From positions 12,225 to 76,224 of the forward strand of contig JBLIRO010000001.1 in assembly GCA_049472335.1 (NCBI GenBank): a stretch of DNA of 64,000 nt. Direction: 5' to 3'. Of the stretch, positions 1 through 10,454 are shown piece by piece. Position 1 is the first letter of the stretch, and the number at the start of each line of letters is the position of its first letter. This stretch comes from a bacterium (GTDB lineage: Bacteria; SZUA-182; DTGQ01; JAFGSM01). Below the pieces are notes generated by a model. That model ran no database searches, was not told where the DNA came from, and saw only the letters and a program-made list of their open reading frames with translations. The translations under genes and the position numbers were made by a program.

Positions 1-28
1 TTTAAAAAAAACAGGTATTTTTTTAATA

Positions 29-754
29 TTGTTTTCTATCCTTGGATTTCTTGTATTTGCGGCTATAGCGTACTGTGCGGCATGGAATTACCCCATTTCC
101 ACTACTTATCCTCTTACTCTGACTTCACAATTTAATATTCCATCCCAAGCAATGAATTCCCTTTTTACTTCTTCCCTTTTTTCTACTTCTTTCGATTATT
201 ACAGGGGTGCCAATTCTCCGGAGAGAACCGCCATGCCCAATAACAGCTTTCAGGATATGTACTTCCTTAATCCATTTACTAATTATTTTTCTAATCCTTT
301 CAGTTACGTTCCATTAGGTTTCTCTCAAGGTATAGGGATTTATCCATACGGCTCAATAGGTGCCTTTCAAGATTATCCGTTTAGTCTTGCTTCTCAATGG
401 ACTGGTAATATGCCTGTTTCATATCCAACTACATATTCACCATTTATTTTGGACCGAATGAATTCTATAATTGGTTATAATACTACTCCTTATCAAGGGC
501 TTACACCAAATACATATGTTCAATATACAGTTATGCTGACAGAATATAATGAGGATAATGAAAAAATTTATTATCTGATGCCTAAAGACGCCGATTGTCC
601 TTGTATTGAATATGCTGAAGATTATGGTATCCCATGTAGTCTTGTAGAAGGTACTAAATATATCTTTAAAGGTAAAACCTATGCCAAATTTTCTGTATTA
701 GCAAATCCACTTATTTATTTAATAGCTGAAATGCCGACAGAAGCTACAGAATAA
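29..754 (+). CDS. Secreted aromatic/proline-rich low-complexity protein (signal peptide; Y/P/F/N/S-rich), function unknown
   Basis: The N-terminus is hydrophobic (MFSILGFLVFAAIAYCAA). The composition is rich in YP/NPF/GY motifs and resembles the ORFs at 9231 and 9719 and the N-terminal part of the A2M-like protein. Confidence 0.45.
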   Translation: MFSILGFLVFAAIAYCAAWNYPISTTYPLTLTSQFNIPSQAMNSLFTSSLFSTSFDYYRGANSPERTAMPNNSFQDMYFLNPFTNYFSNPFSYVPLGFSQGIGIYPYGSIGAFQDYPFSLASQWTGNMPVSYPTTYSPFILDRMNSIIGYNTTPYQGLTPNTYVQYTVMLTEYNEDNEKIYYLMPKDADCPCIEYAEDYGIPCSLVEGTKYIFKGKTYAKFSVLANPLIYLIAEMPTEATE

Positions 755-1252
755 AATTCTTGGGGTCCTGGAGGGTGTATTGATTAACAGGTTGTCTCGC
801 AAAAGCCGGGATAGAGAAAAATAAAATTTGTCTCTCTATCCCGGCTTTTCTATATTCTAAACCTTTTTAAATTGGTATAACGATTACCCCCATCCAAGCG
901 ATTTGACGTTAGCTTCGACACATCCTCATGCCGCCCAATATCAAAAACATCGTGTCCTTGCACCGGAGAAGAGTTTTACACGACCAAACCTGCCTGTTAT
1001 TTTTCGAGAAATTGAGGAATTGATAAGCCAAAAGTCACTATTTTGACATTATCAATCCGTCGTGAACAAGGGTATGTATCCCATTGGCCTGTAAGAGAAA
1101 ATGAATGAACGATAAATATTTCATTGATACAAATATTTTCATATTATCCAAGAGTTCTTTAATGTTGCCACAAATAAATTTAAAGTTCCATTAACCATTA
1201 CAAGATAGCAAAACATATCTCACAAAAGTTCTAATCCCCTTTGTGAAGTTTA

Positions 1253-1996
1253 TTATTTTTCCCTTCTCCATTCATTTAATTCTTTTTTAAGCGGTTCCCA
1301 GTATTCCCGGTCAAGCATTCTTTCTCTATCCTCTTCATCACGGAGCAATTTCTGTATCCTTTCTTCTTTTCCTTCAAGGGCAGATTTCAAAAGGGGACGT
1401 TTATTTATTAACGCGGCAGCAATATCCGGATATCTTGTCGTCAGAGATATCAACACTTCCGGAGTTCTACATTCAATAAGCCAAAAGCATATCTTATCTT
1501 GAGAAGGATTCTCAGAGGATTTAAAAATATCCGCCTCAACCAAACGTCTTATCATGGGCCAATCTTTATCCCGTTGTGTCTTTTTTGCTTTGACCAGGTC
1601 GGAAAGGCCCATAACAGCGACTTTACCTATGTCAGGCAACTCGATCTCTTCTCGTCTCTCCCATAACTTTGAAAAGGAATCTAAACCACGCATTGCCCCT
1701 ATAACATCAATTCTCAGGCCCTTTACATCTTCTCTCATACATCGGAAATGACACGCATGCCCTCTCAATAGAACATCTTTGGAAAGGTCGGGGAAAAAGA
1801 TCCTTTCTGCTTTTAGTTCATTAAGGGCTAATTTCAGGGTTTCCAGATTTTCTGAGGAAATCAGGATAGTTATATCAATGTCGCGACTGAATTCTGCCGC
1901 TCCATAAAGAATGCAGGCCTGCCCTCCGATTAATAGAGCTTGAAGATTATGCTTTAAAAATACAGAAAGGACTTTGGGTATCGGGCTCCGGGTCAT
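1253..1996 (-). CDS. Nucleotidyltransferase-fold protein, AbiEii/DUF1814-like putative toxin
   Basis: The motif LIGGQACILYGAAEFSRDIDI matches the GG...RxSxDiD nucleotidyltransferase signature of AbiEii-type proteins. The gene is 247 aa. Confidence 0.4.
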   Translation of the reverse strand: MTRSPIPKVLSVFLKHNLQALLIGGQACILYGAAEFSRDIDITILISSENLETLKLALNELKAERIFFPDLSKDVLLRGHACHFRCMREDVKGLRIDVIGAMRGLDSFSKLWERREEIELPDIGKVAVMGLSDLVKAKKTQRDKDWPMIRRLVEADIFKSSENPSQDKICFWLIECRTPEVLISLTTRYPDIAAALINKRPLLKSALEGKEERIQKLLRDEEDRERMLDREYWEPLKKELNEWRREK

Positions 1997-2141
1997 AATC
2001 GCCTCCGAAAAGCATAAAGACTTCCCATAGTTTCAGTGATTCAATAAAACGTTCTGAAGGGGACAAAGAATACCAGTCTAATATTTCCTCTTCAATTATC
2101 TCTTTTTCTTTGTATTTTGTATTAATAAAAAGGCTTTTCAT
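1947..2141 (-). CDS. Small hypothetical protein overlapping the start of the nucleotidyltransferase gene (possible partner or antitoxin)
   Basis: An internal Met (MKSLFINTKYKEK...) is the likely start and the ORF overlaps the downstream gene by about 50 nt. No recognisable domain. Confidence 0.2.
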   Translation of the reverse strand: MKSLFINTKYKEKEIIEEEILDWYSLSPSERFIESLKLWEVFMLFGGDYDPEPDTQSPFCIFKA

Positions 2142-2396
2142 TATATAATTCTCTATTTTTAAACAACCATATGGGGCAACGATTCTTCTGACTTCCTTTG
2201 TTATAGCTCCCCCTACCATATCCTGCTCGACCTATTAATTGACCGAATAGGTCATTTTTATCAATTTTCCTTTGACGGAGTAATCCTTCGAGTGAAATAC
2301 TCTCTGGCAATAAACCGGCAAAAAACGATAGAATATAGTTACTATCATGACATAATATATTGCTATATTCTCATACGTAAATCAAGGGATGGTAGC

Positions 2397-2660
2397 GATG
2401 CACTTATTAAAATGGGTTCATTATGAACAGGATACTAAAGGCCGGGATCTTGAATTAAGATATTTCAGAGATATCGATGGTCGGGAGGTGGATTTTGTCA
2501 TAACAGAGAATCTCGATCTATCTTTTTTATGGAGGTTAAATGGAATGATGCTGAGATAGTTAATGGATTAAAATATCTTAAACAACGGTTTCCTCAATCC
2601 CGAGCTTTCCAGATATCCGCTGAGGGGAAAAAAGATTATGTTACCCCGGAGGGGAATTAG
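2397..2660 (+). pseudogene. Remnant of a DUF4143-type AAA ATPase (C-terminal fragment only, frameshifted)
   Basis: The translation MHLLKWVHYEQDTKGRDLELRYFRDIDGREVDFVITENLDL shifts frame into EVKWNDAEIVNGLKYLKQRFPQSRAFQISAEGKKDYVTPEG. This is the typical C-terminus of DUF4143 ATPases, but no N-terminal ATPase part is present. Confidence 0.5.
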
Positions 2661-2902
2661 GTTAAAATATGATTAAAATAAAATTAAAAATTTTTAATCT
2701 ATTTGCTGATCGAAAAAAGATAACGATATTGACACTGTATTCTACTATTGAATATACTCTCTAACGGGAACCAATAAAGGAAAAGCCTTAGAAATTGATG
2801 AATAAGATGAATAAAAACATTGAGCTTTTTAGATCTGATATTCTGGATGAATTATAAAAAAGGAGAAATCTTATCACTCAAGTTAAAACAAATAAAAAGG
2901 CA

Positions 2903-3847
2903 TTGTGGAAAAGCGCCCCATTTATCACTTCGGTCCTGCTTCTCTTCGGTGTGATATTTTTTGTTGTCGGATACGGTAAGGAGCATGAATTCATCAAACT
3001 CCTCAGGCACTCCAAACCTGCGTGGCTTCTGGCTGCCGTTGCCTTACAGGGGCTTACTTATGTGTGTGCTGCCGGGATTTGGCAACGCCCCCTTTCCCGT
3101 TACGGGGAGCACCGTTCCCTTAACTCCCTGATACCTCTGGGACTCGCCAAGCTTTTTACAGACCAGGCTGTACCTTCCGCAGGATTGAGCGGCACACTCC
3201 TGGTGGCCCGGGCCTTGAAAAGGCGTGGCATCTCCAGGGATCTGACAATGACCGCATTACTTGTGGGGCTTGTGGCCTACTATCTCGCCTATGCAATGGC
3301 AGTGGCTTCAGCACTTTTTGTGCTCTGGTTCTATGGAGACCTCAACAAAATGACCATTATAATGGCAACTGTATTTTCCCTATTGGTCGCAATCGTACCC
3401 TTGGGGGTGTTCTGGCTCCACAGGCATCCGGATTTCAAGATCCCCTCCTGGTTGAAAAAGGCGCCAGGGGTAAAGGACATTCAGGATGCCCTTGCCGGGG
3501 CATCCACAAACATGTTCTCTTCTCCCGGACTGATCGCCCAGACAGTTCTCCTCCATTTTGCTGTCTTTGTGTTAGATGCGGCGACCCTCAGCGTCATGCT
3601 CAGGGCTGTGGGCTCACCCGCCGGCTTTGCCCCTGTATTTGCCAGTTTTGTCATAGGATCGGTAGTTGCGACAATCATGGTAATGCCGGGAGGGATAGGC
3701 ACCTTTGAAGGCTCGGCCATTGCCATGCTCCACATGTTTGGTGTGCCGCTGGAGGCTTCGCTTGCATCCGTGCTCCTTCTTCGGGGCTTTACCTTTTGGC
3801 TTCCCATGATCCCAGGGCTATGGCTGGCAAGGCGGGAGATGCTTTAG
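2903..3847 (+). CDS. Flippase-like / UPF0104 family membrane protein (lysylphosphatidylglycerol-synthase TM-region-like)
   Basis: Polytopic membrane protein of 314 aa whose pattern of hydrophobic segments and basic loops fits the UPF0104 family. Confidence 0.5.
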   Translation: MWKSAPFITSVLLLFGVIFFVVGYGKEHEFIKLLRHSKPAWLLAAVALQGLTYVCAAGIWQRPLSRYGEHRSLNSLIPLGLAKLFTDQAVPSAGLSGTLLVARALKRRGISRDLTMTALLVGLVAYYLAYAMAVASALFVLWFYGDLNKMTIIMATVFSLLVAIVPLGVFWLHRHPDFKIPSWLKKAPGVKDIQDALAGASTNMFSSPGLIAQTVLLHFAVFVLDAATLSVMLRAVGSPAGFAPVFASFVIGSVVATIMVMPGGIGTFEGSAIAMLHMFGVPLEASLASVLLLRGFTFWLPMIPGLWLARREML

Positions 3848-3946
3848 GATGAAAGAATCATGAATCTTTGATTCACAAAGAAGGATTAAAACTCCCGGAT
3901 AAGAATTTAGAGATAAAAAAAATTTATATCCCTGTTAAAAAAGGAG

Positions 3947-6311
3947 ATGATAAGGGATATGAGAGATGATCTTTCTCATTTCTGGAGTCTTCCTGCAGAA
4001 GAGTTAATGAAAATCCTGAAGACCTCATACAGGGGTCTCACAGGGGATGAGGCCGCTCTGAGACTGGCCCGGAACGTATCGGGAAAACTTCAAGATAAAA
4101 GTCGTTCAGGCCTGCCAACCCTTTTTCTCTCCCAGTTTAAAAGCCCTATTATCCTTATCCTCCTTTTCGCCGCAGTCCTTTCCTTTTTTCTCCACGATCC
4201 GGTTGACGCCCTGATCATATGCTCCATTATCCTCGTCAGCGGCGTGCTCGGTTTTTTTCAGGAGAAAAGTGCTGCGAGTGCGGTTGAAAAACTCCTGTCT
4301 ATAGTGAGGATGTACACATTGGTGTGCTCCCGGAAGGCACTCCCCTATCTCGCCGCAGCAATGTCCTTTTTATGGGCTCCCACGTAGTGAGCGGTAGTGC
4401 CCGTGCCATGGTTGTAAAAACCGGTAACGATACAGAGTTGGGTAAAATCTCCGGAAGGCTCAGACTGAGGCCCCCTCAAACTGAATTCGAGCGAGGTGTG
4501 GCACGTTTTGGATATATGCTCATGGAGCTTACACTGATACTTGTTGTGGCCATCTTCGCTATAAACGTCTACCTTAAGCGGCCGGTGCTTGAGTCCTTTC
4601 TCTTTTCCCTTGCCCTGGCAGTCGGCCTCACCCCGCAACTTTTACCTGCCATTGTGAGCGTCAACCTGGCACATGGCGCACGCCGTATGGCAAAAGCCAA
4701 GGTCATCGTAAAACGCCTTTTTTCCATAGAAAACCTGGGGAGTATGAACGTTATGTGTTCGGATAAGACTGGAACACTGACCGAGGGTGCGGTGCGGGTA
4801 CAAGGATACTACAATGCATCAGGGGAGAAGGATGAACGCGTCCTTTTTTATGCCTATCTCAACTCCTTCTATGAAACAGGGTATCAGAATCCAGTGGATG
4901 AGGCAATCCGGGGTTTCCGGTCTCTCAATATCAATGGATTTATAAAAAAAGGTGAGGTCCCCTACGATTTTATCCGAAAAAGGATCAGCATTTTAGCGGC
5001 CAAAGAAGAGGATAGCTATCTGATCACAAAGGGGGCTTTACGAAACGTCCTGGAGATTTGTGATTTTGCTGATCAGGGCCGAGGAAAAATTGCAGATCTT
5101 GCAGAGGGACGCAAGGTTATAGAGGATCGTTACAGCGGCTTCAGCAGAGAGGGCATGCGTATCCTGGGATTGGCGCTTAAAAAACTGGACGGGGAGCCGG
5201 GGGTTCTCAGAGAATAGGAGGCAGGGATGACCTTCATTGGTTTTCTGGTCTTCTCTGATCCTCCCAAGCAGGTGATCGCCGAAACAATAAACCGTTTCAA
5301 AGAGATCGGTGTCTCTTTCAAAATGGTCACAGGTGACAATCCCCTGGTGGCAGCAGCCATAGGCAGGCAGGTTGGACTTTCCCCAGAAAAGATACTCACA
5401 GGGCCCGAAGTGAGAAAGATGGGGGATGACGCCCTGCGACAGCGGGTGGAGGAGGTGGATATATTCGCCGAGGTGGAGCCTAACCAGAAAGAGCGGATAA
5501 TCCTTGCCTTCAAAAAGGCTGGCAGTGTGGTAGGGTATCTTGGCGACGGTATCAACGATGCGACCGCCTTGCATGCTGCTGATGCAGGCATTTCTGTGGA
5601 CAGCGGTGTGGATGTGGCGAAGGAAGCAGCCGATATAATCCTGCTGGATAAAGATCTCGATGTGATGATAGAGGGGGTTCTAGAGGGACGGACTACCTTT
5701 GCAAATACACTCAAATATGTATTTATGGCATCCAGCGCCAACTTTGGCAACATGTTCAGCATGGCCGGCGCCTCCCTGTTTTTACCATTTCTTCCTTTAT
5801 TGCCCAAGCAGATCCTGCTCACTAATCTGCTTACGGATCTCCCTGAGATCGCCATAGCCGGTGACCAGGTGGATACTGAGTATGTGGAGCGTCCACGCCG
5901 ATGGGATAATCGTTTCATCAGGCGTTTTATGCTGATCTTCGGCCTGCTGAGCTCCTTCTTTGACTATCTCACTTTCGGCTTCCTGCTTCTATTTGGGGTG
6001 AACCGGAACCAGTTTCGCGCCGGATGGTTTGTGGAGTCAGTGGCTTCAGCGGTTTTCATAGTGCTGGTAGTGAGAACCCGCAGGGCCTTTTTAAAAGTAT
6101 GCCTGCTATCCCGCTCCTAATGACGACGATCCTGAGCGCCTGTGCTGCAGGTTTTTTACCCTTTAGCCCTCTGGCGGGTATACTCGGGTTCGAGCCTCCT
6201 CCGTTTTGGATCTTTGCGGCCCTATGCGGGATTATCCTCATATACATATTTTTTGCGGAAAGGGTAAAGGGATATTTTTATAGCAAGAACTCTATGATCT
6301 TCAGGGACTGA
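3947..6311 (+). pseudogene. mgtA: Mg2+-type P-type ATPase (MgtA-like), disrupted by two frameshifts, an apparent actuator-domain deletion and an in-frame TAG
   Basis: The P-type ATPase motifs CSDKTGTLT, MVTGDN and GDGINDA are present. The gene is split over ORFs 3947-4387, 4324-5217, 5227-6120 and 6024-6311. The ORFs 4324-5217 and 5227-6120 are in the same frame, separated by TAG at 5215-5217. The TGES/actuator region is largely missing. Confidence 0.75.
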
Positions 6312-6331
6312 AACAAGGAGACCAACTTAAT

Positions 6332-7387
6332 ATGGCTGAGATTATTGGACAAAGGCAAAAACCTGATTTTTTGAAAAATGTATTAACTGTTGTCGGGATC
6401 GTGCTTTTAATAATTATTGCTTATGCGCTTAGAAATATACTCACAGCGGTTACTCTTGCAGTTTTCCTTTTCTATATTCTCGATCCAATAACCTCATTCC
6501 TGGAGCGCATAAGATCAGGTAAAAAATTGACTATCACACGTCCATGGGCGGCAATAATTGCCTTTATTATCGCCACCATTTTCATCACATTATTATTATT
6601 GATCTTTATCCCGTATATGATAGAAGAGATAAAAAATTTCCCCGGCTATAGACGACAAATCAATGAGGTGATTAATTATACAATGGAAAAATTCCGTGGG
6701 CTGAATCTGCCGCAGGAAGTACAAGATAGCATAACAAATATTATTGAAAAAGGCCTCTCCGGGTCAAAGGCATTTATAAGGCATTTAGTCCAGGGTATGG
6801 CCATCACTATTTTTTTCTCGCAGATTATTTTATTATTTATGGTGCCATTTTTAACGTTTTATATGCTCATTGAAAAAGAAAGCATGAAGGAAAGAATTGT
6901 AAAAATTTTTCCCTGCCGGTACCAGGAAGAGATTGAACAGATTATTACCGAATCAAGCTTATCCCTGCATGGATATTTTACCGGTCAGTTACTGCTCGGT
7001 CTTATCACGTGGATTTTAACAACGATCACCTTATGGATATTAGGTGTAAAGGCGGCTCTTTTTTTGGGGCTCCTGGCAGGGATCAGTAAATTGATACCCG
7101 TTGTCGGCATTTTTTTTGGGGTGTATTCCGGCAGCAATTGCTGCCCTTGCAACCTCCAGAACACTTGCCTTGTGGATTTTGATAATCTTTACTTTGATTC
7201 AGGTATTAGAGAATAAGCTTAATACTGCCGGTAATGCTTTCCCATTATGTTGATCTAAGTCCGCTAAAAATATTGTGCGCATTGATTGTAGGGGAAGAAT
7301 TGGGTGGTGTTCTCGGTATTTTCATTGCCACTCCGATTATGGCGGTTATAAGAATAATTTATATTCATATACAGAAGAAATATGAAT
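6332..7387 (+). pseudogene. AI-2E family transporter (PerM/UPF0118) with two frameshifts near the C-terminus
   Basis: The N-terminal 294-aa ORF is a typical AI-2E transporter. The conserved C-terminus (...IIFTLIQVLENKLNTAG... then ...VGEELGGVLGIFIATPIMAVIRIIYIHIQKKYE*) lies in two other frames. One shift falls at a T8 homopolymer near 7125. Confidence 0.7.
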
Positions 7388-7504
7388 AAAAAAGTTGGTT
7401 TCACTAAGATAAAAAACGACAACGGTATAATAAATATGTCCAGGGATTTAAATCATTCTATTCGATCCATTTAATCAATCTAATTTTTCAAAGGAGCTAA
7501 GATC

Positions 7505-8194
7505 ATGTCAAATAAATCATTATGTCTTATTTTTCTATCATTAATCATCTCCACAATCCTAATCTGCAGAGTCCGGGCGGACAATGAAAAATCAGAATCA
7601 TCATCCGATATCATCTATTTTGAAGACTATGTCTCTGCTATTGAGGATGAAACGGAAAGCAGATTTCATAAGGCCAGGGAATATTTTTTCAAAAACGATT
7701 ATGAGGCAGCGGCAAAGGAAATCCATAAAGGAGCAGTATTTTTAAGACTCGAATCCGGTTGGGCAACAAAAGAAGGCAAAGGGCCTCTAATCGCCTCTGC
7801 CCGGGAATTGGATATATTGGCAGATGAGGTCGAAAAGGGAGAAGTGGCATCCGTCAAAGATCTCGACCAGGCCTTTTCGCGGGCCCATTTTGCCCTGGCG
7901 AGGCATTATCGGCTAAGGGCATCTGAATCCGAGGTCAAAAAGGCTTATGAAAAATTGGGAACGGAATTGAAGGCAGCAGCCAAACACCTCAATCATGCCC
8001 TTTTGTGGAGCGGAGATAAGATTGAATCAGGCTTAAGGGAAATCAGAAAAGATGTTCAGATTTTCGAGGAGAAATTAGTTGAAGGCGGGAAGTGGGTACA
8101 TGATGAAGCAAACAGGATCATTAAATACATAGATAAGGAGATAGAAAAATTCAACAAAAAGACCGAGCCAGAAAAAAAACAGACCGATCCTTGA
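7505..8194 (+). CDS. Secreted hypothetical protein (signal peptide, charged helical)
   Basis: Signal peptide MSNKSLCLIFLSLIISTILICRVRA; the mature protein is K/E-rich. Confidence 0.5.
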   Translation: MSNKSLCLIFLSLIISTILICRVRADNEKSESSSDIIYFEDYVSAIEDETESRFHKAREYFFKNDYEAAAKEIHKGAVFLRLESGWATKEGKGPLIASARELDILADEVEKGEVASVKDLDQAFSRAHFALARHYRLRASESEVKKAYEKLGTELKAAAKHLNHALLWSGDKIESGLREIRKDVQIFEEKLVEGGKWVHDEANRIIKYIDKEIEKFNKKTEPEKKQTDP

Positions 8195-8710
8195 CAGTAA
8201 AATATTCCCATTATTCGGGCAGTCCTCCGGTTTTATAAACCCAAATCGGACCAGTAAAATCAGGCCTGAATCCGGGTTGAAAATACCGACTCGTTTTATG
8301 GATAAGAGATAAATTGACATTGATCTACCCGATGGGTTATAATTTTATTATATTTTTAAAGGTATAATTTTAGGGAAGGAGATGAACTGGTAGTATCGAT
8401 AAGATTTATTGCCAATCATTAAAAAGCCGATTCCTAAATTACATGGGAATGGATTATATTTCTCCATTGAAACAAGAAGTTAGATAGTAGAAATAAAAGC
8501 TCCTCCTTTTAAATATTATATGATTTTCCAAACAGCGATATTCCTCTTGTTTTTCGCTACATCTCTTTTAGCAATTCCCATATATAAATCCCCTGGCTGA
8601 TATATTCTTAAGGATAATTACAGCTAAAAGTCTTTTATCCGAGGATATTTCTGATTGGCATTTAAGATAAAACAATTCAAGATAATGAATAACCTGGTAA
8701 TGGATTTGAT

Positions 8711-9091
8711 ATGCGACTGAAGATCATAGCCATATTTGTGGTCTGTATATTTTTTACTTTAAGTATATTAGATACACCGGAATATGTTCATTGTATCAAC
8801 CTGGATCTCCTGGACACGTCAGATCTACATGTTGTTGTATCTAATATATTAAAGGCGGAAATCTTAAGTAAATTCTGCGACAAGACATTTGAAAATTTTA
8901 TCTCGATCCTTGAAAATTCCATAGATAACAAAGAGTATTTTTTATCTCAAATAATGCTTTCCGATCATATAGCTACGATATATGGTAACAGCGAATCGGA
9001 ATATCCGAAACATAGATTTACTTTCTTATTCGAAGAGAATGCGGTTTCAGAGATCACAAAGCTTATCGGTATTTCTATAATACGTTCTTGA
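8711..9091 (+). CDS. Hypothetical protein with N-terminal hydrophobic segment
   Basis: A 126-aa ORF with no recognisable domain in an AT-rich region. Confidence 0.3.
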   Translation: MRLKIIAIFVVCIFFTLSILDTPEYVHCINLDLLDTSDLHVVVSNILKAEILSKFCDKTFENFISILENSIDNKEYFLSQIMLSDHIATIYGNSESEYPKHRFTFLFEENAVSEITKLIGISIIRS

Positions 9092-9230
9092 ATCACCTTC
9101 TCAAAGATCCCATTTAACAATAAATGACGCAATAAAACGTCACAAGTATACAATATATGAATAAAAAACAACTTTGATTCTCCAGCAATCCCTTAGGTGT
9201 TCTAAATAAAGGTCAATATTTTCAGGAGGT

Positions 9231-9632
9231 ATGAAAATGAAAAACTTCTCTTTATTTATCACGATTATATTTGTTCTGGCAATATCTTTTTTGTTTATTC
9301 CTCAACACTGTACTGCTCAGACCTTTTTCCCTTTCTATTCCCCCTTTACTCCCATAATGCCTTTTTTTTCATCGATTCCGGGCCCCCTGCTTCCCAATTA
9401 TTATCAGGCAAATCCATTTATACCGAGCTTATCGCCGATCTCATTTCTTTCTGCGCCTGTTTTGTCCCCCTCTCTTATGAGTTTACCTACTATCAATCGT
9501 TCCGCGGCCGCTACCATCATTGTTCTTCCTCCTCCTGCTCCGACAGTGACAGCATACGCTCCGTTAGGGACACTCAGCTTGACCCCGAGCACGTTGGTAT
9601 TTTTGATTCTATACTTGACGTTGGCAGAATAA
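9231..9632 (+). CDS. Secreted proline/phenylalanine-rich low-complexity protein
   Basis: Signal peptide followed by PF/SP-rich sequence, with the RBS AGGAGG upstream. Composition is similar to the ORFs at 29 and 9719. Confidence 0.45.
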   Translation: MKMKNFSLFITIIFVLAISFLFIPQHCTAQTFFPFYSPFTPIMPFFSSIPGPLLPNYYQANPFIPSLSPISFLSAPVLSPSLMSLPTINRSAAATIIVLPPPAPTVTAYAPLGTLSLTPSTLVFLILYLTLAE

Positions 9633-9718
9633 TTCAATGGGGATTATCATGGAGAATCAATATCATTCCCTGAAGCGCGCTTCAGGGAGCATTTAATCTC
9701 AATAAGGAGGATTTTGAC

Positions 9719-10252
9719 ATGTTCACGAAAAATATTTCTTTGAAATGTATAGCCATTGTTTTTGCCAGTGTGATAATTATGGCATTTTTGGGCATCAATT
9801 CAGTCCATGCTCAATACTGGGTGGCTATTCCTCCATACAACACACTATGGCCTTTATGGTCTCCTGTTCTCTCCCCCGTTGGTGGTAAAACCGGAGTTCC
9901 TACTCCCCTTGTAACGAGCCTTACACCTAAGACAATACTGCCTGTCCAGCCAGGATTGACATGGGACCCATCCATCGGTTATCCATGGCTGTTATACAAT
10001 AGCACAGTAGGGCTTGCTTACTGGGATATGATATTCGGATTCAATTCCTGGCCGCCTGCCAGCCTGATCGATCCAGTTACAAATTTGCCCCTCCCCATTA
10101 CTCTGACAGGCAACTGGGCATTCCTTCCGCCAACCCCGTTTGCATGGGGTGCGCAATGGGTGCCAGTGGCCAACACCGCTTATACAAACTATCCGTATGC
10201 AGTCACCCCGATCGGGACGTTGTTGACCGCTCTTGATATATGGGGGATATAA
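9719..10252 (+). CDS. Secreted tryptophan/proline-rich low-complexity protein
   Basis: Signal peptide ending ...SVHAQ, with many WP/YP/LP motifs. The RBS AGGAGG lies upstream and a terminator downstream. Confidence 0.5.
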   Translation: MFTKNISLKCIAIVFASVIIMAFLGINSVHAQYWVAIPPYNTLWPLWSPVLSPVGGKTGVPTPLVTSLTPKTILPVQPGLTWDPSIGYPWLLYNSTVGLAYWDMIFGFNSWPPASLIDPVTNLPLPITLTGNWAFLPPTPFAWGAQWVPVANTAYTNYPYAVTPIGTLLTALDIWGI

Positions 10253-10299
10253 AGAGGTGTTAATGTTTGATGATTATCTCTTATTGTTTATTTAACGCC

Positions 10300-10339
10300 A
10301 AAGGCGATCCGCAGATTTTCCTGCGGATCGCCTTTTAAA
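10300..10339 (+). terminator. Rho-independent terminator hairpin after the 9719 gene (15-bp perfect stem AAAGGCGATCCGCAG / CTGCGGATCGCCTTT, then T-tract)
   Basis: A perfect inverted repeat with a 6-nt loop and a trailing TTTT lies between convergent genes. Confidence 0.7.
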
Positions 10340-10454
10340 ATATAAAAAAGACAATAAGGGTGACAAACTATCCTTGATCCTATTAACCGCAAGTTATTTG
10401 ACAAAAATTAACTTCTGTTTAACCCGAATCTTGATTTAAATTAGCGCTTATGAT

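Noticed and set aside
5215-5217. In-frame TAG in the MgtA-like gene as evidence of stop-codon reassignment
   Set aside because: Other confidently called genes here terminate with TAG (for example the ferredoxin at 13017-13019). A nonsense mutation is far more likely than recoding.
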